Below are positions 43,459 to 53,709 of a DNA stretch of 64,000 nt, in pieces. This DNA is from Candidatus Nomurabacteria bacterium (GTDB taxonomy: Bacteria > Patescibacteriota > Minisyncoccia > Phycocordibacterales > SBAW01): positions 16,528-80,527 of the forward strand of contig CALREW010000001.1 in the NCBI GenBank assembly GCA_943356415.1, in the 5' to 3' direction. Each line of letters starts with the position of its first letter. Within the stretch, counting starts at the first letter, position 1. Both the position numbers and the translations under genes were made by a program. The notes beneath the pieces were generated by a model, which did no database searches, was not told the origin of the DNA, and saw only the letters and a list, made by a program, of their open reading frames with translations.

Positions 43459-46275
43459 ATGAACACCATTTTTAGAAACATTTCGTACGTGCTTTGTGTA
43501 GGGCTTTTTGTGCTGCCCGCTGTAGCGAGCGCTCACGCAACACCTATCGACTATTCGCCACGTTCATCCGCAACGGTTGATACGGTACCCACGAGTGTTC
43601 ATATCCGTTTTTCAGAACACATCGACGCGCATGCGAGTTCTATACGAATCAAAGGTCCCAGTGGCGCAGAGGTAGCAACTTCTGAGGCGCACACCAATGC
43701 AACAGATACGCAAGAGTTAGTTGTTCCCGTGCGGGACGATGGGGTAGGAACGTATCTTGTTTCGTGGAGTGTTGTCTCTGCCGATGACGGTCATTTTACG
43801 AAAGGAGCGTACCCATTTGCGGTTGGAAAAGGGATTGTCGCAAGCGATGCCGGAGCAGTTGACGCGGAGGTAGTTCAAATTGCGACGAAACCCGAGGCGC
43901 TTTCGATGACGGTGGAACTTATGGGCAACGGGTTTATCTTGGCTGCTCTACTTTTGTTTGCGATTGCTTTCCGCCCACTGTTGCGAAGAAGTAGTTTTGC
44001 CGGTGAACAACGCCCGATTGCACGGGGGTATGCGTTCTTCCTGTGGGGAGGCGTTTTGCTGGCGCTTGTTGGTGGAGCACTACAGCTACTCCTTAAGGCA
44101 AAAGAACTCGCGATTCTAAAACAAGTTGATCTCCTTGCCGCAATACCTATCTATCTAACCACTACGGCAGGTTCAGCAACGCTCTACCGAATGATGGCTG
44201 TTTTTGTTGTCGGCATCACGTTTTATGTTGGCAGACGGCGCATCATTTCTGCGGCAGGTATAACGGTATATGAACTGCTTATTGGAATAGCAATGGCATT
44301 TTTTGAATACTTCCGAGCAGTCGTTAGTCACGCGACGGCAAACCCATTCCACCCGCACTTCTCTGTTGCCATAAACTTCGTGCACCTCATTGAAAAAGAC
44401 TTGTGGGCAGGAGTGCTTGGAATTGTATTGGTACTTTCGCTTTCACGAAGTTTAAGAGAAATACTCTACGCGGTTATTCCACGGGTATTCACTATCCTGT
44501 CGGTTAATCTTGCCGCGGTTGCGGTGACGGCCTGCTACATCGTGTGGTTGCATCTAAAAAGTTTTGAGAATCTTCTTTCAACGACATGGGGGCACGCATG
44601 TATTTCGCTCCTCGTTGTTGCGTTGATTGTCGCCGCGCTTCGCATATACCACGTGTGTGCCCGAGTAAAATGGCCGAGTCTTTTTGTTCGCTTTGTACCA
44701 ATGACGCTTGCTGTCGAATGTGCCGCGGCACTGCTCGTTGTTTATTTTTCAAGTGCAATAATCATTACTTCGCCACCACTTTTGCAGCCTGACACTCACG
44801 TATTTTCGGCTACGAATCAAGGTGTGAAAGTACAACTACAGCGAGACCAGATTGAAGATGGCATGCTACTTCTGACTGCAGTCGGTGGAAGTGCTATACA
44901 AGAGCCCACAGTGACTCTTAAAAATGAAACAGAGACAATTTCTGTTTCTCTGCAGAAAAGGTTTGAAGGCGGGTATGTTTTTCCACTCGCGCTGTTAGCT
45001 GGAGATGTGTCAAACACCCTCCACGTTCAAGTGCCTCAAACTAAAGGCTATGACGCTGATGTTTTATTTACCGCTTCGCAGCACGACTTCACTCCACAAG
45101 TCGGATGGGAGCGCCATCGTTCGTTCGATACGTTTGCTATTGCGCTCACGATTATCGCCATACTCGGACTTCTCCTCGCTTACGCACTTTTGCGATTCTC
45201 GCGATACGAAGTATCTCTTCCTGCGCACCGGTGGAAATTTGCCGCCCCGCTCGCGGTGCCATTCTTTTTGATTGCCGCGCTTGTTCTAGGAAATGGCGCA
45301 GCTGCGGTTGCTGCATCGCCTATAGCGAATCCATTTAAGAGCGTCTGTGAAGCAGACGGCAATATGTGGCATTTGATGCAGCCGACTCGCGCAGGCGAAG
45401 CCTTATCGCAAACCGCTCGCGAAGGCTGCATGTGGGGAATGGGATCCTTTACCTACCTTTTTGCAGATAAACGTGAATATGACTACGCAAGCAGCTTTCC
45501 TGCGGCGAGAGTCACTCTTGCAACGGTGCCGGCAAAGCCAGTTGCAGGCATTCGCACAACATTTGCCGTTTCGCTCAAAAACGAAGATGGTACTCCTGCG
45601 ACGTTGTATGTAGATATGGAGAAGCTCCTCCATGTCGTTGTACTAAGTGAGGATCAAACGGTGTTTGCTCACATTCATCCTGACGACGAACATCCGCTCA
45701 CAGAAAAAGAGAAAGAAACATCAACCTTTACGCTTGCCTACACCTTTCCAAAAGCAGGGAAGTACCTTATCGCAGCTGATTACGCGCACGGCCTGACGCT
45801 TGAATCAAAACAATTTATCGTCGATGTTGCGGGCGCACCGGCACAAGCGAAGGAACCGGCCACGTACAAAGCCGAAGGTACGTTCGGTGGGTATCAAGTC
45901 TCGCTTAATTCGGGTGTGTCGTTGGCCGGAGAAGTAACGACGCTGCAATTCAAAGTTATGAAAGATGGAAAACCGGTCGAGAATCTCGAACCGTATCTTT
46001 CAGCGGCGATGCATATATCGGTAGTAAAAAATGACCTCAGTACATTCATCCATACTCACGGTGAAGTACACGCGCCAGGAACTCCGTATCCACCGATCAT
46101 AATCAAAAATGGAAACGTGCTGCATTCGATGGCTTCAATGGTGACGCCGATTCATTTTGGTCCAAATATCGAAGCGCATCTTATTTTCCCCCAGCCAGGT
46201 TTCTATACCGTATGGGCGCAATTCAAGGTTGATGGAGCAGTGATTCCATCCAGGTTCACCGTGCAGGTTGAGTAA
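43459..46275 (+). CDS. CopC-CopD fusion copper-resistance membrane protein with two extra C-terminal His-rich extracytoplasmic domains
   Basis: N-terminal CopC-like beta-sandwich (HATPIDYSP...VSWSVVSADDGHFTKGAYPF), about 10 TM CopD-like core, C-terminal repeats with HIHPDDEHP and FIHTHGEVHAPG. Confidence 0.6.
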   Translation: MNTIFRNISYVLCVGLFVLPAVASAHATPIDYSPRSSATVDTVPTSVHIRFSEHIDAHASSIRIKGPSGAEVATSEAHTNATDTQELVVPVRDDGVGTYLVSWSVVSADDGHFTKGAYPFAVGKGIVASDAGAVDAEVVQIATKPEALSMTVELMGNGFILAALLLFAIAFRPLLRRSSFAGEQRPIARGYAFFLWGGVLLALVGGALQLLLKAKELAILKQVDLLAAIPIYLTTTAGSATLYRMMAVFVVGITFYVGRRRIISAAGITVYELLIGIAMAFFEYFRAVVSHATANPFHPHFSVAINFVHLIEKDLWAGVLGIVLVLSLSRSLREILYAVIPRVFTILSVNLAAVAVTACYIVWLHLKSFENLLSTTWGHACISLLVVALIVAALRIYHVCARVKWPSLFVRFVPMTLAVECAAALLVVYFSSAIIITSPPLLQPDTHVFSATNQGVKVQLQRDQIEDGMLLLTAVGGSAIQEPTVTLKNETETISVSLQKRFEGGYVFPLALLAGDVSNTLHVQVPQTKGYDADVLFTASQHDFTPQVGWERHRSFDTFAIALTIIAILGLLLAYALLRFSRYEVSLPAHRWKFAAPLAVPFFLIAALVLGNGAAAVAASPIANPFKSVCEADGNMWHLMQPTRAGEALSQTAREGCMWGMGSFTYLFADKREYDYASSFPAARVTLATVPAKPVAGIRTTFAVSLKNEDGTPATLYVDMEKLLHVVVLSEDQTVFAHIHPDDEHPLTEKEKETSTFTLAYTFPKAGKYLIAADYAHGLTLESKQFIVDVAGAPAQAKEPATYKAEGTFGGYQVSLNSGVSLAGEVTTLQFKVMKDGKPVENLEPYLSAAMHISVVKNDLSTFIHTHGEVHAPGTPYPPIIIKNGNVLHSMASMVTPIHFGPNIEAHLIFPQPGFYTVWAQFKVDGAVIPSRFTVQVE

Positions 46276-46309
46276 AAACGCGTCGGTTTAATTTTGCTAT
46301 AGTGGAGTT

Positions 46310-46891
46310 ATGGAGCGCGTAGGACTACGGCAAGGGATTTTATATGCAATTGCGCTTGGTGTTGTTGCGGTTGTGATATTTGGACTGCTCCACATGCGTC
46401 AGCCAAAGCCTGAGCAACTCAATACCTATTCCTCTGCCACTTACGGTTTTAGTGCTGCGTACCCAGAAGGTTTTGTGGTCAACGAAAACTATTCGTACAC
46501 TGGTTTTGGCGACGAAGGCACTGCTATTCCAGGCGTATCGTTTACAGTTCCTCCGCAATACGCGCAAGGAACAAACCTTTCTTCTGACAGTCACGTTTCG
46601 GTTGAGGTATATCGCGGTACAGGAACGACCTGTCGAGCTAAAGTATTTCTTGCTGGGGAACAAATCGATCCCAACGCACTCAACGCACAAGTGAATGGAG
46701 CTGGCGCCGGTAATTTTTATGAAGAAAGCGTTTACGCTATTGAAGGCTCCTCTCCATGCACTGCCGTTCGTTTCTTGATCCATAGCACAAACATCAACAA
46801 CTACCCTGAAGGTGCCGTACGCGAATTTAATAAGGCAGAAGTGTTGCAACTATTTGAAACGATTCGCCGTTCGGTAAAACTTACGCGGTAA
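46310..46891 (+). CDS. membrane-anchored secreted hypothetical protein
   Basis: N-terminal TM, beta-rich domain with 2 Cys. Confidence 0.4.
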   Translation: MERVGLRQGILYAIALGVVAVVIFGLLHMRQPKPEQLNTYSSATYGFSAAYPEGFVVNENYSYTGFGDEGTAIPGVSFTVPPQYAQGTNLSSDSHVSVEVYRGTGTTCRAKVFLAGEQIDPNALNAQVNGAGAGNFYEESVYAIEGSSPCTAVRFLIHSTNINNYPEGAVREFNKAEVLQLFETIRRSVKLTR

Positions 46892-46893
46892 CT

Positions 46894-47136
46894 ATGCTTA
46901 CTCAAATTGGCCTCGTCATAATCCTCATTGCATGGGCGTATCAGTTTATGATGATGCTGAAGGGGATAGACGCAGCATCTCGGGCACCGCAACCGCTTTT
47001 CGCGGGGCTCTACTTGCTCGGTATCGCGCTATGCATCTATGAGGCGCTTAAGGGTGGAATGTACATGATCGGGTACCTTAACTTGGCAGTCTTTGTGGCG
47101 GCGCTCGCTGTTTTTGCGCAGTCATTCAAACGATAG
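46894..47136 (+). CDS. small two-TM membrane protein
   Basis: 80 aa, two hydrophobic helices; ATG overlaps the upstream stop region. Confidence 0.4.
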   Translation: MLTQIGLVIILIAWAYQFMMMLKGIDAASRAPQPLFAGLYLLGIALCIYEALKGGMYMIGYLNLAVFVAALAVFAQSFKR

Positions 47137-47199
47137 GGTTATCCACAGAATATGTGTATCAAGTGTATGTACTACCGATAAAGGTGGTATTTTATACAC

Positions 47200-47886
47200 A
47201 TGAATTTAGGGGTACTTACGGCAAAGCAATATCGAGTTTTGGAGGTGATACGGGTGCACTTTGCTATGAGTAAAGAGTCCCCAACGGTAGAGGAGCTCCG
47301 CTGCGCGCTTGGAGTTAAATCGCTCCGTACCGTCACGCAGTACCTCGATTGCTTAGAGCAAAAGGGCTATATCGTGCGGCATAAAAACATGCACCGCAAT
47401 ATCGAGCTGCGTCGTTCAGAAGGTCGTGGCATGCCGAGCGCGATGACTATGAGCATCCCGGTTGTCGCGAATGTCGGTTGTGACGACTTGAGTGTTTTTG
47501 CTCAGGAAAATTACGACGAATATTTGGAAGTCGATAAAGAAATAGTTGATGAGGGAGATGGAGGAGTTGTGGCAGTGCGTGCCGTAGGGGACAGCATGAA
47601 CGACGCGGGTATCAATAGCGGCGATTACGTACTTATCCGGTTTAGCAACAATGCAGATAACGGGGATCGCGTTGCAGCTATCGTTGACGATATGGTGACA
47701 GTTAAAATACTGCAGCGAACTGCGGAGGCAACTATATTGAGGCCGCTCTCGAAAGATCCTCAGTACAAACCGATCGTGTTGCGTCGTGATTTCAAAATAG
47801 TCGGCAAAGTGTTGTGTGTCGTGCCAGGACAAAATGCAGAGATGACTGAAGTCGTGCCACTAAAAGATGAAGAGCAAGAGTGGTAA
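47200..47886 (+). CDS. lexA: LexA repressor (S24 peptidase)
   Basis: N-terminal winged HTH (LT.KQYRVLEVI...LEQKGYI), Ala-Gly cleavage region, Ser VGDSMN and Lys VKIL catalytic dyad. Confidence 0.85.
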   Translation: MNLGVLTAKQYRVLEVIRVHFAMSKESPTVEELRCALGVKSLRTVTQYLDCLEQKGYIVRHKNMHRNIELRRSEGRGMPSAMTMSIPVVANVGCDDLSVFAQENYDEYLEVDKEIVDEGDGGVVAVRAVGDSMNDAGINSGDYVLIRFSNNADNGDRVAAIVDDMVTVKILQRTAEATILRPLSKDPQYKPIVLRRDFKIVGKVLCVVPGQNAEMTEVVPLKDEEQEW

Positions 47887-47890
47887 ACGT

Positions 47891-48217
47891 ATGTATAAGG
47901 GACTTGTTGTTGAAAACAGCCTCGCTGACGCTAAGGTTCTGCGCAAAGTGAAAGTCGATAGCACGTACCGCCTCGGCGATTGGACGCTTCATGAAGTGCG
48001 CACAACGGAAGAGCAGTTGCCGCAGTTCCAGAGTTTTCTCAATGGAGGCCCGTGGTACGTGCACTTCTGGGAGGAGGGCGGCGACGATGTGAAAGTTATT
48101 TTTAAGGATCGTATGTTCGATATCCGTTACTCGGATAAAAGCACTTGGAAAGAGGCCGTTCGACACGGGCAGTCTCTGGGAATACCGCTCAAGCAGCTCG
48201 ATTTCTCGATTGATTGA
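47891..48217 (+). CDS. hypothetical protein
   Basis: ORF directly downstream of lexA; no recognisable motif. Confidence 0.35.
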   Translation: MYKGLVVENSLADAKVLRKVKVDSTYRLGDWTLHEVRTTEEQLPQFQSFLNGGPWYVHFWEEGGDDVKVIFKDRMFDIRYSDKSTWKEAVRHGQSLGIPLKQLDFSID

Positions 48218-48233
48218 GGTATCGTTAGGGCAC

Positions 48234-48962
48234 ATGAAATCTGTTTCTATCGCTGCAGATGCAGGATCGACTCTATCTGGAAATTTGTTCCTGCCAAAAA
48301 TCCCTAAAGATAAAAGTTCAGCCGTGCTTCTTCTTCACGGCTGGGAGAGCGCTCAAGATAGACTTTTTAGCTTGGCTGAAAGACTAGCTGAGCTTGGATA
48401 TATTTGTCTGACCGTTGACTTGCGCGGTCACGGCGAGACGCCTGGAAATCGAGGAGAACTTTCGCGCAAGGATTTTCTCAATGATGCATTCGCTGCGTAC
48501 GATTTTTTAGCAACGCAAACTCACGTAGATGTGGCTCAAATAAGTGTTGTTGGCAGTAGCTTTGGTGCGTATCTCGCAGCACTCCTTACGGCACAGCGCG
48601 CAATTGCTTGGCTAGTTATGAGAGTCCCTGCCGACTACGAAGACGAGACGTTTGAATTGCCTCGAGCGCAAGATGACGGAGATAAGGCTGTGTGGAGGAC
48701 TACGCCAAGGAGTTGGGAATCTACTGCTGCGTTGCGGGCGGTGCATGCATTTGAGGGACAGATACTTCTTGTTGAAGCAGGCCGAGACGAAGTTGTTCCA
48801 AAACAAACCATTATCAATTACAAAAGCGCAGCGCCAAAAAATATAGAACACCACGTCATGGAAGGAGCTCCCCATAGTTTTACGGGGTCGCCTCATTTGA
48901 AAGAAACATTTAACACCCTCGTTGTTGAGTGGTTGGAAAGGAGGGTAATCGGCCGTCATTGA
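48234..48962 (+). CDS. alpha/beta hydrolase (dienelactone-hydrolase-like)
   Basis: HGWES...DLRGHGE and nucleophile elbow GSSFG. Confidence 0.65.
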   Translation: MKSVSIAADAGSTLSGNLFLPKIPKDKSSAVLLLHGWESAQDRLFSLAERLAELGYICLTVDLRGHGETPGNRGELSRKDFLNDAFAAYDFLATQTHVDVAQISVVGSSFGAYLAALLTAQRAIAWLVMRVPADYEDETFELPRAQDDGDKAVWRTTPRSWESTAALRAVHAFEGQILLVEAGRDEVVPKQTIINYKSAAPKNIEHHVMEGAPHSFTGSPHLKETFNTLVVEWLERRVIGRH

Positions 48963-49123
48963 CCAATGAGACTCTGTGTGCTAATATCCTAACCAATACC
49001 GTTTCTTATCGTTTTTCGTCTTGAAGCTTCTTCAGGACCGGCGGACGTCGACTGAGTCGCTGAAAACAAGCTCAAGACGGTATCAATACCAATTCACGCG
49101 GCTTTTGCCGCTTTAACTAGTTC

Positions 49124-50569
49124 ATGCCTAAAGATTCACCGGCGCATAGCGCCTCGTTCAACGGCCTCGGCATTGCGCCGAAGCTCCTCGAGATCCTCTC
49201 GGAACTCAAATACACCACTCCGACTCCAATACAGCACCAAGCCATACCGCACGCGGTAGAAGGTAAGGATGTTGTTGGTGTTGCTCAGACTGGTACCGGC
49301 AAAACACTCGCCTTTGGCGTGCCGATGCTCCAGCGTATCGCCCAGACCAAAGGGCGCGGTCTTATCCTTCTTCCTACACGTGAACTCGCGCTTCAGGTTG
49401 AGGAAGCACTCATCAAAATAGGAAAGCCACTCGGTATCCGCACGGCGGTACTCATCGGAGGTGCCTCTATGGGCCCGCAGCTCTCCGCTATACGTCGCGA
49501 CCCGCACATCATCGTCGCGACACCGGGGCGTCTCATTGACCACATGGAGCAAAAGACGCTCAAACTTGATCGCATCTCAATATTGGTACTCGATGAAGCT
49601 GACCGCATGCTCGACATGGGTTTCTGGCCGCAGATCAAACGTATCGTTGTTGCAGTACCGACCGATCGTCAGACTATGCTTTTCTCCGCAACTCTCTCAA
49701 AAGAGGTGATGGACCTCGCAAGCAAGCAGATGAAACTGCCGATCAATATCGAAGTTGCGCCGCAAGGAACCACCGCTGAGCGCGTCACGCAGGAAATATT
49801 TATTGTTCGCAAGGATGAAAAGATACGTCTGCTTGAAAAAGTGCTCACTGACTGGAAAGGCTCGACCATCGTTTTCACACGCACGAAACATGGCGCAACG
49901 CGCGTCATGAAGGGCGTAAAGCGTATGGGACATTCTGCCGCAGAAATTCACGGTAACCGCTCGCTCAACCAGCGCAAAGATGCGCTCGAAGGTTTCAAAA
50001 ACGGGCGTTACCGCGTGCTTGTAGCTACCGATATTGCTGCTCGAGGCATTGACGTTAAAGGCATCGAGCTTGTCGTTAACTACGACCTTCCTACAGTAGC
50101 GGCTGACTACGTGCACCGCATTGGTCGCACGGCACGTGCCGGCGCTGAAGGCCACGCTATTTCTTTTGCGATGCCAGACGAACGCCGCGACGTACGCGAC
50201 ATCGAACGTCTCATCCGCACGAGCCTCGCTATTACCGAACTCCCGTCTGACTTGCCAGCTGCACGTGCTGTGCCTGCGAGTGACTTTGCGCGTGAGCCAC
50301 GTCAGAGTGGCTACGGTGCAGGCCGTCGTGGTGGACAATCAAACGGGCGTGGCAACTTCGGTGCGCGCCCGCAGAGTGGAGGGTTTGGTGTATCGCGCCG
50401 CGGCACGTTCCACGCTCGTCCTGCAGTGGCTTCAGTGAGTACTCCTGGAGCTCGCGCTCCGCAGCGTCCGACCTTTGCCACTCGTCCTCCGAGTCGTCGC
50501 GCAGGCCCTACACCTCGCCCTCCTCATACAGAAGGGAATTACGAAGGAGGTGCAGAACGACTCGCGTAA
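49124..50569 (+). CDS. DEAD-box ATP-dependent RNA helicase with an Arg/Gly-rich C-terminal tail
   Basis: Q-motif, AQTGTGKT, DEAD, SAT, HRIGRTARAG. Confidence 0.9.
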   Translation: MPKDSPAHSASFNGLGIAPKLLEILSELKYTTPTPIQHQAIPHAVEGKDVVGVAQTGTGKTLAFGVPMLQRIAQTKGRGLILLPTRELALQVEEALIKIGKPLGIRTAVLIGGASMGPQLSAIRRDPHIIVATPGRLIDHMEQKTLKLDRISILVLDEADRMLDMGFWPQIKRIVVAVPTDRQTMLFSATLSKEVMDLASKQMKLPINIEVAPQGTTAERVTQEIFIVRKDEKIRLLEKVLTDWKGSTIVFTRTKHGATRVMKGVKRMGHSAAEIHGNRSLNQRKDALEGFKNGRYRVLVATDIAARGIDVKGIELVVNYDLPTVAADYVHRIGRTARAGAEGHAISFAMPDERRDVRDIERLIRTSLAITELPSDLPAARAVPASDFAREPRQSGYGAGRRGGQSNGRGNFGARPQSGGFGVSRRGTFHARPAVASVSTPGARAPQRPTFATRPPSRRAGPTPRPPHTEGNYEGGAERLA

Positions 50570-50659
50570 ATGAGCTCAGAGCGGATACATTGACGCTTAA
50601 TGATATCTATGATACAGTGAATTGGCTTCCTACCACGTGATAGGAAGCACTTTTCCTAC

Positions 50660-50878
50660 ATGAAACCACAAGCAAATCGCACCACTACTGATACCCAGAA
50701 GCCAAACCGCCCGCAGCATAATCTTGGGAAAATCACCAAGACGTTTCAGCAGGATGGTCGCTGGATTGAAAAGAAAACCAAGACGGCAATCTTGATTTGT
50801 GTCTGTGGCACCCGTTATATAAAAACTCGTGCTCGTCAGATTACATGCCTCCGTTGCATGTTTAGCCCAAACGCGTAA
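50660..50878 (+). CDS. small zinc-ribbon-like hypothetical protein
   Basis: 72 aa with C-x-C...C-x2-C (ICVCGTRY...CLRCMF); weak. Confidence 0.3.
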   Translation: MKPQANRTTTDTQKPNRPQHNLGKITKTFQQDGRWIEKKTKTAILICVCGTRYIKTRARQITCLRCMFSPNA

Positions 50879-50899
50879 CCGCAATATTTAGTACTACCT

Positions 50900-50946
50900 T
50901 AAAACACCCCGCTCCGGCTTTTGCCGGAGCGGGGTGTGCGGTTTTT
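50900..50946. terminator. bidirectional rho-independent terminator
   Basis: ccccgctccggc-tttt-gccggagcgggg flanked by A-run and T-run. Confidence 0.75.
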
Positions 50947-50965
50947 GAGAAGCTAGGGTGAACGC

Positions 50966-51628
50966 CTACGGATTCGTGCGGAACGTACTTGCAACAGTCC
51001 ACATCACGTTACCGGAAGGGTCTACCGACTCACGCATGTAGTAGTACAGCGTGTTTGGCGTAAGACCCGTGAGCGTTATTGAACTCTGATTGTCCACGAT
51101 TGGGTCGGCGGCGCTTGATCCTTGAACGTCGGACCATGGCCATATAGGCCAGAAGGTCGCGTAGTAGATCTTGCTTACTGCCGGCTCACTGGTGCTCCAG
51201 CTAATATTTGCCGTCGTAGAAGTTTTCGCAACTACTTCGGGAGTCATGGTTGGAGCCCATACATCGCCTCCGGTTATTGGTCCGCCTGCGTTGCCGCCCG
51301 ACATAATCTCATTGAGCTTTGCTCGGGTGATAGGACCTACAGTCCCAGTCTGTGAGATGCCGTAGCGCGCTTGGAAGCGGGTAACCGCAGCTTGCGTGAG
51401 CGTGCCGTAGTAGCCAGTCACAAGTCCCTCAGGATACAGCGTCGAATCGCTCGACAGATATGTTTGGAGCGTCGTAACGTCTGTTCCTGTTGAACCAAGC
51501 GAGAGAGATCCGAAGATTTCTGCTGCTTGAGCAACTGGCACTGCGCTAAACGTGGCATACGCCAATGCGAGGGCGAACCCGAACGCAGCAGCGATAGCAC
51601 GATAGCGCGGAGTAACTAAGGTAGTCAT
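50966..51628 (-). CDS. secreted protein with a peptidoglycan-binding (PG_binding_1) domain and an FN3-like domain
   Basis: Signal peptide MTTLVTPRYRAIAAAFGFALALAYA; TDVTTLQTYL...GYYGTLTQAAVTRFQARYGI is a PGBD; the C-terminal TANISWSTSEP...LTPNTLYYY is FN3-like; start taken at 51628, not the ORF-track 51811. Confidence 0.6.
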   Translation of the reverse strand: MTTLVTPRYRAIAAAFGFALALAYATFSAVPVAQAAEIFGSLSLGSTGTDVTTLQTYLSSDSTLYPEGLVTGYYGTLTQAAVTRFQARYGISQTGTVGPITRAKLNEIMSGGNAGGPITGGDVWAPTMTPEVVAKTSTTANISWSTSEPAVSKIYYATFWPIWPWSDVQGSSAADPIVDNQSSITLTGLTPNTLYYYMRESVDPSGNVMWTVASTFRTNP

Positions 51629-51800
51629 ATTTTTTAGCGATAATGCTATTAATCGACCCTGCAATATAAACGAACGCAGAGAAGGTTCGTTATTTGACGT
51701 ATTTTTATGCACGTTTCGTAAAATAGATATCGTGGGTGCTATATACATAAAAAGGCACCGCCCCACCTGACTTAAAGTGGGGCGGCTATGCCTGCAGGGT

Positions 51801-52244
51801 TTACGCGGCAACTTTCAGGGATGCTCGCGTGTGCTTGCGCACCTCGAGGAGAACCTGTGCGTAGATGGTCTCCATTAAGTCCCGTGCGGCGGGGCGTGCT
51901 GCTTCGTCACCGAACTGGCTCACCTCATACTGCTGAGTCCAGGCGTCGGCAAGGCCTTTGGCCGCGTCGCTGAGCTCCTCGATGAGGAGATAGGAGGCGG
52001 TACCAGCCTTGTCGATCCTGATTGCCAGCCTGGCATGGTGGTCGTAGGAGACCACCGTTGGTTTTTCGGTAGGCAGAAGGTGGATGTCGAGCAGAGTGCC
52101 GGCTTCGAGCTCGCCGATGACATATAGCGGCTCGCCTTGGTCGCCACACGACTGCAACATCCTCATTTCGCATGGAAGCTTCAACGGCATCTGCGGGGCG
52201 CTCCGGATGGATTGGCGAACTTGCCGAGGTAACCATAGGGACAT
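51801..52244 (-). CDS. hypothetical protein in a small high-GC islet
   Basis: 147 aa ORF, about 60% GC against a roughly 48% backbone; no motif recognised. Confidence 0.35.
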   Translation of the reverse strand: MSLWLPRQVRQSIRSAPQMPLKLPCEMRMLQSCGDQGEPLYVIGELEAGTLLDIHLLPTEKPTVVSYDHHARLAIRIDKAGTASYLLIEELSDAAKGLADAWTQQYEVSQFGDEAARPAARDLMETIYAQVLLEVRKHTRASLKVAA

Positions 52245-52278
52245 AAAAGTCTCAGGTCAAGCGTGATACCATACCTGC

Positions 52279-52746
52279 ATGTTGAAGGAGGGTGACAAAG
52301 CGCCTCGTGGGGTGAAAGTGGAAGATGCGGATGGAAACGCTGCGTCACTTAAAGACTATGCAGGTAAAATTGTTGTCCTCTATTTCTATCCAAAAGACGA
52401 CACGCCAGGGTGCACTATCGAAGCGCGGCAGTTCCAGGATTATTCGGCACGTTTTAAGAAGATCGGTGTGACCGTTATCGGCGTATCAAAAGATTCAGGC
52501 ACTTCGCACCAGAAGTTTGCCAAGAAGTACGACTTATCGTTTCCGCTATGGTCTGACCCTGAGCACGCACTCATGGATGCATTCGGCGTATGGCAGTTAA
52601 AGAAAATGATGGGCCGCGAATATATGGGTACGGTTCGCGCCACGTTTATCATCGATGGTGAGGGTGTCATCGTAAAGACATTTCCGAACGTAACACCAAA
52701 AGAACATGGCGCGGAAGTATACGCAGCATTACAAGGTATGGCGTAA
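52279..52746 (+). CDS. bcp: thiol peroxidase Bcp (peroxiredoxin Q)
   Basis: YFYPKDDTPGCTIEA motif. Confidence 0.85.
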   Translation: MLKEGDKAPRGVKVEDADGNAASLKDYAGKIVVLYFYPKDDTPGCTIEARQFQDYSARFKKIGVTVIGVSKDSGTSHQKFAKKYDLSFPLWSDPEHALMDAFGVWQLKKMMGREYMGTVRATFIIDGEGVIVKTFPNVTPKEHGAEVYAALQGMA

Positions 52747-52751
52747 GTCAT

Positions 52752-53333
52752 ATGAAGCGAACCCCTATCACAACCCAACATGTTGTACTTGCAGGCCTCC
52801 TCGCAGCTTTTATTGTGACCACATGGTATGTGCTTGACGTGCGGCCGGCACATGCGCCCGCATCGGAAAGCACGCCAACTGCAAAGACGTCTACCTTCGA
52901 AAGTGACGAGCTCCACCTATCGTTTAAATACCCCGGTACGTATACGCTCGTAAAGCGTGAAATCGATGTCAACGGTTCGCTTGCTACGTATTTAACCCTT
53001 ACTCATACCGGAGAGACCACCCCTGAGGCAGGTGAAGGTCCAACGGGCCTTACTGTTGCGATATTTCCGAATCCAAAGAACCTCGACTTGGCAGACTGGC
53101 TTCACAGTATGAACAGTACTGCTCCAACACCAACAAGCGGCTTCGATTTTGCAGAAACACGTGTTGATGGAAACGACGCGCTGACATATACCTCAACAGG
53201 CCTCTATGAATCAGACAACGTCGCGGTGTCGCACAAAGGGGCGATATACATATTTTCAGGAAGCTGGCGCACCCGCGAAGACCAGACGGTGAAAGATCTT
53301 GGTGCACTTATTACGTCAGTTGATTTACGATAA
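52752..53333 (+). CDS. membrane-anchored secreted hypothetical protein
   Basis: N-terminal TM, Thr/Ser-rich, beta-rich. Confidence 0.4.
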   Translation: MKRTPITTQHVVLAGLLAAFIVTTWYVLDVRPAHAPASESTPTAKTSTFESDELHLSFKYPGTYTLVKREIDVNGSLATYLTLTHTGETTPEAGEGPTGLTVAIFPNPKNLDLADWLHSMNSTAPTPTSGFDFAETRVDGNDALTYTSTGLYESDNVAVSHKGAIYIFSGSWRTREDQTVKDLGALITSVDLR

Positions 53334-53335
53334 CT

Positions 53336-53707
53336 ATGATTGGATACGCAGGAAACATCGAGGAAGCGACACTTCGCAACGAGCACTATCGAGAAGTACT
53401 CTTTACGGGCCCAGACTCGCAGTTGGTTGTTATGTCCATACCATCGGGAGTTGAGATCGGCGAAGAAGCGCACGATTTAGACCAATTTATTCGTGTAGAA
53501 GCGGGGACGGGGGAGGCAATACTGAACGGAGAAGTTCATCAAATACAGGATGGATATGCCGTCGTGGTGCCAAAAGGGACACTTCACAATATTCGCAACA
53601 CTGGCATAGAGGCGCTTAAGCTCTACACTATATACACCGCTCCTGAGCACGCGCCAGGGACGATTCATCATACTAAGGAAGATTCAGTAGCAGAGGAGGG
53701 ACACTAA
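53336..53707 (+). CDS. cupin domain protein
   Basis: Two-motif cupin pattern G(x)5HxH-like EEAHDLDQFIRVEAG ... VVVPKGTLHNIRN. Confidence 0.65.
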   Translation: MIGYAGNIEEATLRNEHYREVLFTGPDSQLVVMSIPSGVEIGEEAHDLDQFIRVEAGTGEAILNGEVHQIQDGYAVVVPKGTLHNIRNTGIEALKLYTIYTAPEHAPGTIHHTKEDSVAEEGH

Positions 53708-53709
53708 CG

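Noticed and set aside
47137-47199. A shared LexA/SOS operator upstream of lexA, uvrA and uvrB
   Set aside because: lexA is preceded by tgtgtat...atacaca and uvrA by gtgtacccc, but I could not find a convincing common palindrome by eye. It is neither the CGAACnnnnGTTCG nor the CTGTn8ACAG type. Left unresolved rather than claimed.
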